In this document: positions 1 to 11,278 of the stretch, piece by piece
How the letters are laid out: each line of letters begins with the position of its first letter
How positions within the stretch are numbered: the first letter of the stretch is position 1
NCBI GenBank assembly: GCA_043228905.1
Contig: JBHGNT010000001.1
Location: 35,712,001-35,776,000, forward strand
DNA: 64,000 nucleotides
Reading direction: 5' to 3'
From: Azolla caroliniana
Lineage: Eukaryota; Plantae; Polypodiophyta
Made by a program: the position numbers and the translations under genes
Notes under the pieces: model-generated
What the model saw: only the letters and a program-made list of their open reading frames with translations
What the model was told of the DNA's origin: nothing
Databases searched by the model: none

Positions 1-1204
1 ATGAAATAAGAAGGTCTCGAGTTTTTTAGTTTGTGAGCCCCTCCCTCCTTATTGTGCATATCATTTGGGTAGGAACCCTATCCTAAATGTACAACTCTTG
101 CACACATATATAGAGGGAGAAGCTCTTTGTAAATAATTAACTTCATGGTCGCTCTATTTTATGGAGATGGAATGGCAAATCTCTCTTGCTTACCATTTTA
201 ATATTGGATACTATGTGAGGTCACCATCAACCTTAAAAATGTCGAGCATTGGTAACGGGTTTGACTTTAGTTGTTTGATAGGTTGATATCGCACAAGTGT
301 GAACACGTTAGTATTCAAAGAATTGTTCATCTACATATACTCAATATTGAAAATTTTAGAGGAAATTTTTGGCATTATTCCTCTATTATTCTGAGAATTA
401 ATCAAAAGTTCATCACAAATTTAAAATTAATTAATACTACTATGTTTTTTCCTAGAGCTAATTAGTACCAAATTGGTATAAATAGTGATATTACATAAAA
501 AGCCAAGGCACATCTTGGAATCTTCATTCATATTAGAAAACACGCCATTGATTAATAAGATATAATGTATGCAAACCCAAATTGCCTTGAATTTAACACA
601 AAAGTAGAGTAGCAAGGCAAGACAAGAGACTAATGATCCAATCTAGTTTGAGTTATATATGCAAGAGTTTATCATATTTGTTTTGTTGTTCAAATTCCAA
701 GTTACTCATGGAATTTTTGCATAAAGACACTTACCTCTCTTTATTTGGATATCTCTACTTCCTCGATAGTGGTCCTATTCTTTTTCTTATCCATAGACAT
801 TGTTCGCTATTTCAATACGTCTTCGTTTCCCACAATTATTGTATGTGCTCCTATGTGAGCTTCAACAAAAGAAGAACAATATAAAATGCTTGTAAGGCTT
901 ACCCCTTCCCCTGAGAAATCTTTGTAAATTTTGGTGAGCATTTTCATAATGCACAGTTATACCTCACATTAAACATCATAATATTTCTCCCTTGACATAT
1001 TTTAAATTCCTGAAATTAGGTATAAATCAAGGTGAACAGTACAAACAAAGTTGTCCATTCAGAAGGTCTTGTTACTAACAGGATACAGGATACAATCCAA
1101 ATGCTACATAATGGATGCTACACCCCACAATGCGAGGACATGGTATTACATGTTTTTAAGACCTAAGCCCATCATATATACATATGCGTACATGTGCGCA
1201 TGTG

Positions 1205-4143
1205 CTACACATATGGATGGGAAGGTAGATGTTGTTCCACGTGTCTCTCTCGCACACCCCTTCCAAGTACAGCCTGCCGTTGCTCTCTGAAGTGGCGTAG
1301 AAGAGAAGAGGCCTGCCACATAACCAGCTAGTCATTACCATAAAGAAATTTGAGAAGTCTACATTTTAATAGATTTAAGGTTATTGCAGGCACAAAAATT
1401 TGAAACATTTCCTATTTTTGTTCAGGTAAAGTAGATCAATCAAACACGCAAAGAAAGGATTTCACAACATAGGCAACGTATTTACCTTCTCTTTTGCACG
1501 TGGTGTACCCGATTGAGAGAGTGAAACCAGAGGTGGAATTGCCCCTTCTTGTAACACCATGGCTCGGAACTTATGGTTTTTTGTACATAAATGTAACAAT
1601 GCAGCAGCTGCATTCTCTTTACCTCTCTGGGACCCCATCTCAACTACCTCAACAAGCGCAGGAATACCACCCTCCTCTCCTATAGCCTTCCTCCCCTCGG
1701 TGATTGTCGCAAGGTTGGCTAGCACTGTCACCGCCTTATCTACCATTCCAGCAGCTGGATCTAGCATAAGCTCCACTAATGGCCGGATAGCTCCACCACT
1801 CACAATCCTTGCCTTGTTCTCATGGAGTATGGAAAGATTAAATAAAGCTGTGGCAGCATCTTTCTTGCCACGAGGGGATCCATGTATTAAGAGATCCACT
1901 AGTCGGGGTATTGCACCAGATTCCCCAACTGCTACCTTGTTTTCATCCATCACAGAGAGACTGAAAAGAGTGGCTGCTGAATTCTCTTTCGCGGCAGGAG
2001 TTCCCACACTGAGCACCCTTACCAGAGCATCAATAGCACCAGCTGCTGCTATCTCATTCTTGTTTTGGTTGTTGATAGATAAATTAAGCAAAGCTGTCAC
2101 TGCATTTTCTCGTGTATCTGGATCGGTGGAGTCGAGTAGTGAAACCAATGGCTTTATTGCACCACAGTTTGCAATCAGTATTCGGTTTTCTACACTGTGC
2201 TTTGCAAGGAGCCTCAACGAAGTAGCCGCATTTCTCCTTACATCGATAGAATCAGATTCAAGATCTGCAACTAGTTGTGAGATGTTTGCCCTTGCATCAG
2301 CTTCATTGTTGTCATTCACTGCTGAAGATGAAGCCACCTTTGCTGGGCCGTGACTCCGCTCTCGGACTGATCCCGAGAAAGTCAACCTGTTTGATCCTGA
2401 GAAAATAGAGAATCTCTGTACATCTCCTTTAGTGTCATCACATGATGGTCCCTCACTAGGCTGCCTTAACACTTCGGTGCTGTTATCATTGAACATTGAA
2501 CTAAACAAAGCATCATCTGTACTCGACCCAATGCTACAGCTTGATGTATTTCGGCTGTGGGAGTGAGTCGAATGGTCATATCGATCTACTCCTCTACAGG
2601 TACTATGTCTAGAATTCGTGTGAGTGAAATTCTCAAATGCTCCACTACAGCCCGACATTGTATACACATTACCACCATTAAAATCCTCTGGCAAGTGCCT
2701 TTCCACTTGAATATGCAGACTGTTGGGAATTCGTGGTTTACATTCACGTTCAGGCAACACACCAGACACACCTGTAGAAGATGACGTTCCACATGCCAAT
2801 TTTGGATTTGGCACACAACTTAGCTTACTTGGCTGGGGAAATGGTACTTTATTTGCTTCATACCAGCCTGCAATGAGAGCTTTAACTGTATAATTTGGTA
2901 TTAGATTTGTATGGCTCAGAGTTTGCCTAGTTTTTGGGCACGTAGTGTTTCCTTGATCCAACCACTGTTGAATATATACCCTTTCATAAGTCTGTCCAGA
3001 AGCAACTATTACTGGGTCAGACATTAACTGCAAAGATAATGGACATCGAAAGTCGGATGGAACTGGTATCCCCCCGAACTCAACTTGAGCCTGTGTATGT
3101 TGAGCTAAATCTTCCTCCATTCTTGTCACTAGGATAAGAAGTTGATTGATAAATTCTTCTTCATGTTTATCTCTTTCCATCCGTACAATATCTCTCTCCT
3201 TTTGGAGGAGAGCCACTTCTCGCAATATATCCTGATTACAGCTCAAGTTAAATCTGGAAGTCAGGTCTGTAAGTTTTTCATGGTTAACTTTGACCCCATC
3301 TTTGACTTCCTTAAGAATCAGATTTGTGTCGAAGATTAGCTCTTCCTCCCCACCTGTATCAAAGTCTACTTCACGAAGCTCCAAGATACAGTCCTCTACC
3401 TAATTACAAAATTTTAGAAAATTGGCATCAGGGAGAAAAACGTAGATCAAACACCATCATAATAAGATTTTAAAACAAAAATTCGATAATTTCTTTACAT
3501 CTGTACTCATGCCAACATATGTTCTACATATTTTAGGACCTCAACCAAACCTGTTTTTGAGCCTCTGTGGTCAGATGAAGTGCTCCCAAAGGCAGGGAAG
3601 CTAAATGAGTTGATATCTCCAATGCAACTAGCTTAAATTTCTGGGAAAGTCTCTGCCTTCTTAAGACCTGTATTATATTGTGTTTTATAAGATCTAACTA
3701 AATTTGAAGGGGGAAATTCACAGGTATAATAAATGTAAAGATTAATTACCCCATACAGTCTACTTGTTTCACTCCCATATCTCAAAATAAGACTCTTTGC
3801 TCTACTGAGAGCAGCTTCCAATCCTTCAAGCACGTTAATAGCACCTCCAACAATGGGAAGTTCATCCTCCTGAATTTCGTTTACCACACATGCTAGATTT
3901 TGGATAGTTGCTGCCAAAGTCTGACAATTCTTCACGTTTAAGCAAACATTCTCTGCACTTGACGTAATCATCTGGATTAATATAGACAACTTCGCCAGCA
4001 CTTGTGTAGAACCCATTTTCTGCAAAAGGAAAGCAATACAAATTTGAGTTCAATGTTTGGTATTAGATGAATCTTGCCCAATGGCTAGATCAGTCTATAT
4101 AGAAAATGAAACATACACATTTACTCACCTCCACAAGAACCAT
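1205..4143 (-). CDS. Plant U-box/ARM-repeat E3 ubiquitin ligase with N-terminal UND region (PUB2/3/4-like)
   Basis: U-box PSDFRCPLSLQLMSDPVIVASGQTYER...CPKTRQ followed by ARM repeats (ENAVTALLNLSIN, RGKKDAATALFNLS, GTPRAKEK). In-frame GT-AG exons read by hand: 4143-4129 (MVLVE), 4019-3750, 3667-3551, 3399-1486, 1312-1205 (ASSLLRHFRE...PYV*). A probable 5'UTR exon ends at a donor near 5996 and extends to about 6450. Confidence 0.93.
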
Positions 4144-4173
4144 ACAGACTGATGAATCAGAGATAAGATGGAG

Positions 4174-4355
4174 AAAGGACGTATTTGGTCAGACAATTGG
4201 GGGCGCACACATTTTCTCTATACATAAATCACCCCCATCCAAGGATATATTGAAGTTAAGCCAAAGGACGTATTTGGTCAGACAATTGGGGGCGCACACA
4301 TTTTCTCTATACATAAATCACCCCCATCCAAGGATATATTGAAGTTAAGCCAAAG
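4174..4355. repeat. 89-bp tandem duplication
   Basis: AAAGGACGTATTTGGTCAGACAATTGGGGGCGCAC...GAAGTTAAGCC occurs at 4174 and 4263. Confidence 0.9.
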
Positions 4356-5605
4356 AGAAAAAATAATGTTTAAATCCTTAGTCAGGAGCTATGTGTAGAT
4401 AAACTAGAGAATCTTAAGAGATGGCATAAATAATACAAGGGCAGGTACTCTCTCTCCTGACTAGTGTTTAAATACAAGCGTATGCCCCTAGGTTGCCAGC
4501 ACCCCTTGCTTGTGAATAAATGTGCGTGAAAGAGTGTCTCTAGGTTGCTAGGGTCTTACAATCCCTTTATGGTCAGCAGCCAAGCAATAAACTAAGAAAT
4601 AAAAACAGAAAAGACACAATGGACATGTTTACAAACGTATCCCAATCAGGTAATGACACAGTTAAAGTCAAAAAGCATTGCATTCAAGTGTTATTAAAGG
4701 TGTAGGTAACAAACATCGATATTTGGCAAAAGATTAATGAAATAAAATTTTCACTATCATTATATTTTCCCACAAAATACAGACCAGTCACATGATCATA
4801 CAGAACATGATGCACAGTTTTTAAATGCTGTTACTCTTACTAGTCAAACTATTACTCATTTACATAAAAAAAACCAGTATCTAAGGAGCAAAATGAGCCT
4901 TTCCAACAGACGAAATGTGAAGACATTACAAGGTATATGCGAACACCTTCAGCAACCGAATTATGTGGTATATGTAGTATATATGTTTCTATATAGACTG
5001 ATCTAGCCATTGGACAAGCTTCTCCAGGATGAAAATGTTTGTACAATATCTGAATCCTAAATATTATAAATTTACAAATACATACGAGAGTAGAGAAAGA
5101 CATTCCACATACATACTTCCTCAGCAAGTTTTAGAAAGAAATCGATCACTTTGTGAGCAAGAAAATAGTTCCTAATTTAAGCAAACCAAGGCAATCAACG
5201 AAGTGTGATTCCTACCCCCAATTTTGCATATTAAAAAGTTTCAACAGACTTATATACGCAGACAGAGTAAATTTAAAGAAAGTTCCTATGGAGCAACAAA
5301 TGAGGTCTGCATTTATGGGATGAAAATAAAGTGGAAAACGCAAGGTACAAATAAGGCCACAAGGATCTCATTGAAAGACGGTTTGAAATGAAAAAGCGCT
5401 TCTATGACCAAGGAATTGTTTTAGGATCATTGCTTCAGCTCCTAGAGACATTCAGGTTAGTCCTAGAGATATTCAGCTTAGTTTTACGATCTCTCGAAAA
5501 TCTGAGAGATTTTATTGTCCATCACAACGATTGAATTGAGCACTCGCTATCATTTGAATTCATCATTGCCCTCTCCTTTGGAAGTGGTTACTTAATCTTC
5601 TCTCT

Positions 5606-5816
5606 CATGCAGATAATGGCATGGAATTATGTATAAATCCTGAATTTTCTCATATAGAAAGAGAATATTCATATATTTGGTCTGGTTCTTCTCAGCTTCT
5701 CCATTCAAGATCCATGCAGATAATGGCATGGAATTATGTATAAATCCTGAATTTTCTCATATAGAAAGAGAATATTCATACATTTGGTCTGGTTCTTCTC
5801 AGCTTCTCCATTCAAG
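5606..5816. repeat. 107-bp near-perfect tandem duplication in the presumed PUB 5'UTR intron
   Basis: CATGCAGATAATGGCATGG...CTCCATTCAAG occurs at 5606 and 5713. Confidence 0.9.
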
Positions 5817-6567
5817 CTGAATCATATCGTACAAAGAAATCCTGCAAACAGCTTAACAATTTGCAGTTTTCTTGAGCTCGAGAGCTTATCAGACGAAGGA
5901 TTCACAGACATGTTCATGTTTCTTGAAGATGAGTCACGGAAAAGCAAGAAATTAAGTAGTGATGAGAAAGCTTCAAAAGGTTTTCAGAAGCTTACCGATC
6001 TACTGATTCACAACCGTTTTCAGGTCGCAGGAGGAGCTATATTGAATCTCGAAAGATGAACACCATAAGGAGGAGGATGCGGTAGAATAAGAGAGGGTAG
6101 GTGGAGCTGGCAAGACGTTTCTGTGATATATGTACAATAACGAAGAGCTCTTCCGGGGTTCTTCTCTCTAAACGAGAGGTTCGACCCACCCCCACGCCCC
6201 TTCCCGGTTGGGAACTTCCTGATTTTCTTATTTGATGATTATCGTAGGAATGGAAAGAGGTTCCTGAGATGAGCACTTGGGAAAGAGGAGGAAGTGAAAA
6301 GGGGAAAAAAAAGGAATAGAAACAAAGAAGGGGAGAAAGCTTGTTGTTGTCTGCAGGAAAATGGCGGCTATGGCGACAAGAACGAGCTTTTCTGTGCAGT
6401 GGGAGAAGAGAGAGATAGAGTGCGTGAGTGTCTGTCTGTCTGTCTGTGCGCGCTGTTTAGTTTTGTTTTTTCTGAAAGATCCGGACTTCAAAGTTTCTAT
6501 AAAAACTGGATTTAATCGAACAGCATCAGATCCGTCGTCCGCCCATCGCCTTCTGCTGGCCCCCTCG

Positions 6568-6633
6568 ACGCGTGGCGAAGCTCGATTTGTCCACGTGCCA
6601 AACCACCACGGCCTACGTGGCCTGACACGTGTC
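6568..6633. promoter_or_regulatory. G-box/ABRE/CE3-like cluster in the PUB promoter
   Basis: ACGCGTGGC (6568), CACGTG (6592), TACGTGGC (6614) and GACACGTGTC (6624) lie within about 70 bp, just upstream of the CT-rich 5'UTR of the minus-strand PUB gene. Confidence 0.55.
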
Positions 6634-6771
6634 CTCCCCTGATTTGATGAAATATATCTGCTTCAAAGTTTCGACCACAAAAATGTCCTAACTTTTCTAA
6701 TAACAGGTAACAATCGCCGAACTGCGATACCGCGGCTTGACGGTTTAAACGGTTCGATTCAGTTTAAGCGG

Positions 6772-7527
6772 TGTCATGAAGAATTTCGGCTAGAGGCGAA
6801 AACCGGGAAACATTGGCTACATCAGCGGGGTGCAGCGTGTGTACGCACCCATGTACATTTAGTGTGAATATCGAGGGCGCCTTTATGGCGCCGAAGAGTA
6901 GTCAAGTCGGGACAAACGATCCCATGAAAGTCGGGATTTGTCCCACATTGTAACGCATCTCTCTCCTTCTTCTATAAAAGGAAGGGATCGCCCTTTGTGG
7001 AGGGGTTGCCCATTTTGCAATAGAGGGTATACCGTTAGGTTTAGAGTTAGGTTCTTCTTCTTCTCCCCCTTCGTGTTCACTTAGGGTTTGCTTGGGTTCG
7101 GCCTCCTGTGCAAGACCCCGCTCGGCGCGACGAGCTAAGAGCTCCCCGACGGCGGCTTGGCAACAGATGACTACTGTAACCTACCTCAGTCTGGCTCGAA
7201 GCCGGGAATGTATTCTTCTTCATATATATGTATATATACGTTTGCGTCTGTCTGTGTATATTGGCGTCTTTGTTGGTGTCAGGTGCTTCCCCTTTCTTGC
7301 GTTTCCTGTACATGAGGGTGTGAGTTGCGTGTGTGTGCGTGCGTGCGCGTGAGTCGGTGTCAAGCGCACGCTCCCTCTCTTTCTCTCTCTCTCCCTTCGG
7401 TCGCTTCCGGTGTTCTTCTGGGATCCCCCCGGAAACGGTGAAGCACGACTTCCTATGCTCCGTCACTCCCTGGTCCAAGACCCCCGTGGACCCGCCTTTC
7501 TCCACGCACGCGCGTAACAACGCGACA
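6772..7527 (+). repeat. 5' LTR of the outer element (756 bp)
   Basis: TGTCATGAAG...AACGCGACA; TATA-like CTATAAAAGG near 6973; about 96% identical to the 3' LTR by manual count. Confidence 0.93.
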
Positions 7528-7531
7528 TATT

Positions 7532-7549
7532 TGGTGAACCCGACGTGAA
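7532..7549 (+). other. Primer-binding site complementary to tRNA-Trp
   Basis: TGGTGAACCCGACGTGAA is the reverse complement of the plant tRNA-Trp 3' end as recalled (...TTCACGTCGGGTTCA-CCA); it starts after a 4-nt spacer following the LTR end. Confidence 0.85.
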
Positions 7550-7564
7550 AGGCGGCAAGGGAGG

Positions 7565-9001
7565 ATGGAGTCGGAAGACGACGACCTTGCGGAGATGGTG
7601 GCCGAAATGGTGTTGGAGTCGGCATGAGTGGTGATGAGGCGAGAAGCAGCGCAACAAGCGGTTGAGCGAGTGGTCAAAAGAGTTGGTCGTTTCAACGGGG
7701 ACAAAGTCCCATCTTACTTGGAAGCCTACAACGCGGAAATGGAGGAGCGTGGCGTAGACGAGGCGTTGAGGCTGGAGTTCTTCTGTCGGGTCGTAGCTGT
7801 CCGGATGCATGCGGAAGTAAAGGAGCTCCGTGAGGCTCATAGTTCGTGGGAGGCCTTCGAAGAGGCGCTCCTGAAGGCATACGGAGGACAGCGGAAGAGC
7901 CGGGGACGGCACAACTTCGACCAGTGGGTAGCATCGGCAAAGACCCACCGAGGCGCGACGAAGGCGTTCCGAGAGTTCGAGTGACGGCTTGCTCGGCTCC
8001 CAGAGCGGGAACAAGGTATGGTGGGGGCGGACAAGATCCTATTGTTCGTCAGGTCGATCGACCGAGCGGAACGGGAGGCCATCAGGATTGAGCTCGAAGA
8101 CGATGACGGAGCGAATGGGCTTACGGAGGACTGGTCGAAGGTCGGAAGGGTGTGCCAACGGCTAGACAAAGAGCAAGCCAAGAAGGCTAAGAGGAAGGGA
8201 CGCGACGGCGTGCCATCACAGCGGGAAGAGGCCGAACGGCAGAGAGAGTCGGCAAGGGTCGGCGTTGGGGCCAGGATTGCGGAGGCGTACGCAGCTCTCG
8301 AGGCGATGCTCGAGGAGGAGGAAAGACGGAGGCCGCAAGCCGAGACTGAGAAGATGGACTTGCCCCACGCGACGGTAGAAGATCAGTACGACAGTACCAC
8401 GGGAGAGGGTGCGGAACGAAACGCCCTCTTGACTTGCAGAGATAGAACGGCCAAGGACGAGGCCAAGATACCGATCGCGGAATCGGAACGTTGGGACCAA
8501 CGGTTTCGGGCGTGTCAGCCCGAGATCCCGGTCATTGGGGAAGAAAGCCCAGACGGGGCTTGCGCGATCGGTAAGAAGACGACCGCCGACCATGAAGAGT
8601 CGGTGGCTACGGACAAGGGCGTAAAACGGACAGGCGATTCTTTGTGTCTTTCCACACTTGCTCCCGAGACGATGGCAGTCGGGCCCGAGTGCCCACGTGA
8701 GTCCCAAGCGGAGGAAGGCGGCGGAAGGCCAAGAATCATCGGCGAGACGATACGGGGAAGGAGCGGACGAAAGCCCACGGACCCAATTCCGGAGAACTCG
8801 GCATTCGGGCCCGTATGCCCATGTAAGACCGAGGAGATGGATGGCGGTACCGAGGAGTCCTGGCACGATGCCAGCGAAGACGGATGGGAAACGGCCTGCG
8901 AGGAGGCCGAGGACGGAAGCGGCACGAGAAGATCGGCATTCCGATTCGTATGGAGCAGAATCCGGTCGTGGATCGTTCGATCGGGACCGGATTCGGCATA
9001 A
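7565..9001 (+). pseudogene. Gag (capsid)-like ORF with two in-frame TGA stops and an acidic, repeat-derived tail
   Basis: ATG at 7565; one frame gives MESEDDDL...SA*VVMRREAA...GRFNGDKVPSYLEAYNAEM...SWEAFEEALLKAY...REFE*RLARLP...EDWSKV. Stops at 7625-7627 and 7982-7984. The F-x-G...YL...W-x-x-F pattern is typical of Ty3/gypsy capsid N-domains. Confidence 0.75.
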
Positions 9002-9401
9002 AGGTGCCGATACGGAAGGGGGTGCGGGACGAGCCGCCCTCTTTTACATGGGGAGAAAGACCGACCGGGCGAAGGTCGAGATTTGGAAAGAGAATGAAAG
9101 CCGGTCCTACCGGATTCCTTACACCGATCTGGCTGCAGGCCCGAGTGTCGGCGTGAGTCCTATAAGGGAGATCGGTGGCGACAGGAGAACGGGACTTGGC
9201 AATCCGGAGAAGGACGAACGGACCCGGACGAGAACCGGGCGGAGCAGACTCCCGGATGACCATTCCGGGAGGGAGGAAGAGAGCAGGCCTACGAAGAGGC
9301 TGAGGACACGGTACGTCAGTACCACAGGAGAGGGTGCAGAGTAAACCGCCCTCTTGGCATGCGGAAAAGGACGACCCGGGACAGGGTCGGGAAGCCAAAA
9401 C

Positions 9402-9624
9402 AGCGGGCCACGAAGGATCCTTCACACCGGTTCTAGAGACTTCGGCAGTTGGCAACGCGGTCGACGTAAGACCAAGATACTGACGGTGGCGACGAGGTGA
9501 CGAAGGCAAGGGCTACGGAAGAGCGGGCCACGGAGGATCCTTCACACCGGTTCTAGAGACTTCGGCAGTCGGCAACGCGGTCGACGTAAGACCAAGATAC
9601 TGACGGTGGCGGCGAGGTGACGAA
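9402..9624 (+). repeat. 120-bp tandem repeat, the best-preserved part of a degenerate internal array
   Basis: AGCGGGCCACG(A/G)AGGATCCTTCACACCGGTTCTAGAGAC...GAGGTGACGAA occurs at 9402 and 9522. Confidence 0.9.
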
Positions 9625-10642
9625 AGCTATGGGCGTAAGGAAGTCCGGTCCTACGGGATCCCCACACTTAACCAGAGACTCCGGCGATTCGGCCAACGTG
9701 GCAACATGAGACCGAGAGAGAAGGTTCGTGGCGGCGGAAACGGGACCCGACTACGCGGGAGACATGAGGAGAGTCCGGGAGGGACTCAAACAAAAGGCAC
9801 CCGACTTTCGGCAAGCATATAAACGGAGTCTGGTCCTATGGGACCCTCACACTGATCCGAAGACTCCCGTTGTTCGGCCAACGTGGCAACGTAAGACCGA
9901 GGGAGAAGGAAGGTGGCGGCAGGGAACGGGACCCGACGACACGAGGTTTCGAAAGGAGCCGGTAAGGGTAAACACGGAGAGGTGTGTCAGGCCGGAAAGG
10001 CACGCCTTGGATAGAACAAGAGTCTCGCAAGTGGCCATCGCGGGCCGGATCGAAGCGTGACTACGGGACAGTGTTCGGCACGGGCGGTGCCGAACAAAGG
10101 AAGCGGAAGACGTCACAAGAGAGGTGTCGGGAACGAGGTGACAAGTGCCTAGTGGACTGCACAGGGTCAGAGTCAGGGGATGGCAAGAGAGGCCGGAGGA
10201 GGATCCTCCACGCTCGCTGTTACCGGCCGGCAAGGAGTCCAAAATACGGAGTGAAGGAATTAATTAGATATGGTTGTAAATGAGCATAGTGTGGACGGAC
10301 GGACTGGAAACGGTATGCCGTTCCAGATCCGGACGGATCCCGAATAGGTGCGAGAGGCACCGTTTTGTACTACGGGCCGGAAACCTATTTAAAGGCCCGG
10401 ACCCTATTGTAATGGCAGCGGATAATTAGTAGAGCTTATGTTGTTTATACTTCTGTCTTGATTTCCGTTCTGTAATCACTGTTATATCTTACGCGTGTAA
10501 TTAACCAAAGCAATCTAATCGTGTAACCTACGTAAGTCGGTGTAATCGTTGAATCTTAATCCTATGCCGTAATCACCCTTTGGTGAAGTGTCTCCGTGAC
10601 ACCTTGTGTTAGGCCTTGTCCGGCTAGAGAATAACACAGTTT

Positions 10643-10655
10643 TGGCGACCACGAT
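10643..10655 (+). other. Canonical PBS of the nested element (tRNA-Arg-type)
   Basis: TGGCGACCACGAT lies 6 nt after the 5' LTR; at least 10 nt are complementary to the ...GTGGTCG-CCA end of plant tRNA-Arg as recalled. Confidence 0.7.
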
Positions 10656-10687
10656 TCCTGCTTTCTCGCAGCGAACGACGGTAATGG

Positions 10688-11194
10688 ATGACTAGACCAA
10701 CGCACGACTTGGGTACAGACCGAGCTCGACGCCTCGCCGAACGGCAAAGACGGCGTGAGACTTTCCAGCAAGCAGCGCAGGAAATTCGCTCGGATCGTTC
10801 GTTCTCCAACGAGATCCGGAGAGTCGCGGAGGAATCTCTCCGGTTACGGCAAACTCGCGACCAGGACGACGGAAGCAGTCTAAGTAGTCTCCGGGAAACC
10901 GAACGACTCCTGGAGGCGCTGGCAAGCGGAGAAAACGAGGCAGAAGCCTTTTCAGCCTACGAATCGGATTCCGAAGGGGGATACAGCGTGCACACGAACT
11001 ACCGGAGCAGCAACGATACCCCCGGCGGCCCGGAAGACGACGGGTCGGATACCGTGCCGACTCCAGAACCGGAACCGCTCAACCAGGGCTACCCGGAACC
11101 GCAAACGGAAGCCGTCAACCCACCAACACCGGAAGTGGAAGAAGCAAGCACAGCCGCAACAACCACAACCGGAAGAACAAGTGGAAATTCTTGA
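10688..11194 (+). CDS. 168-aa charged, acidic/Pro-rich ORF of unknown function in the nested element (possible Gag N-terminus or extra ORF)
   Basis: Intact ATG-TGA ORF filling most of the 644-bp internal region, co-oriented with the LTR TATA and the canonical PBS. Confidence 0.55.
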   Translation: MTRPTHDLGTDRARRLAERQRRRETFQQAAQEIRSDRSFSNEIRRVAEESLRLRQTRDQDDGSSLSSLRETERLLEALASGENEAEAFSAYESDSEGGYSVHTNYRSSNDTPGGPEDDGSDTVPTPEPEPLNQGYPEPQTEAVNPPTPEVEEASTAATTTTGRTSGNS

Positions 11195-11261
11195 ACAAAC
11201 TATTTTGGACAATTTGGGTGAACAATGAAGGGGCCGAGAAGGGTTCGACGTACAAGGTACT

Positions 11262-11278
11262 GTCCCACGGGCGTGCCA
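11262..11278 (-). other. Second, antisense PBS (tRNA-Arg-type) at the position normally occupied by the PPT
   Basis: The minus strand reads LTR-end ...TAACA-CA-TGGCACGCCCGTGGGAC; the plus strand GTCCCACGGGCGTGCCA resembles the recalled tRNA-Arg(UCU) 3' end GTCCCACYGGGCGTG-CCA with one nucleotide missing. Confidence 0.7.

Noticed and set aside
1559-2353. 264-aa plus-strand ORF (likewise 53593-54201 and 35125-35508)
   Set aside because: These are antisense shadows of real coding exons.
7077-7625. ORFs within the LTRs (also 12794-13297) and the many overlapping ORFs in 8200-12600
   Set aside because: GC-rich, microsatellite-containing sequence with no protein motifs; the ORFs are not conserved between the two LTR copies.
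9402-9900. CRISPR-like repeat-spacer array
   Set aside because: The context is eukaryotic, whole units are duplicated without unique spacers, and there are no cas genes.
10218-10636. Cassandra-type TRIM with 5S rRNA in the LTR
   Set aside because: No 5S A-box/C-box similarity is visible.
11241-11278. A genuine tRNA gene
   Set aside because: There is no 5' half, D-arm or anticodon arm, and CCA is encoded.
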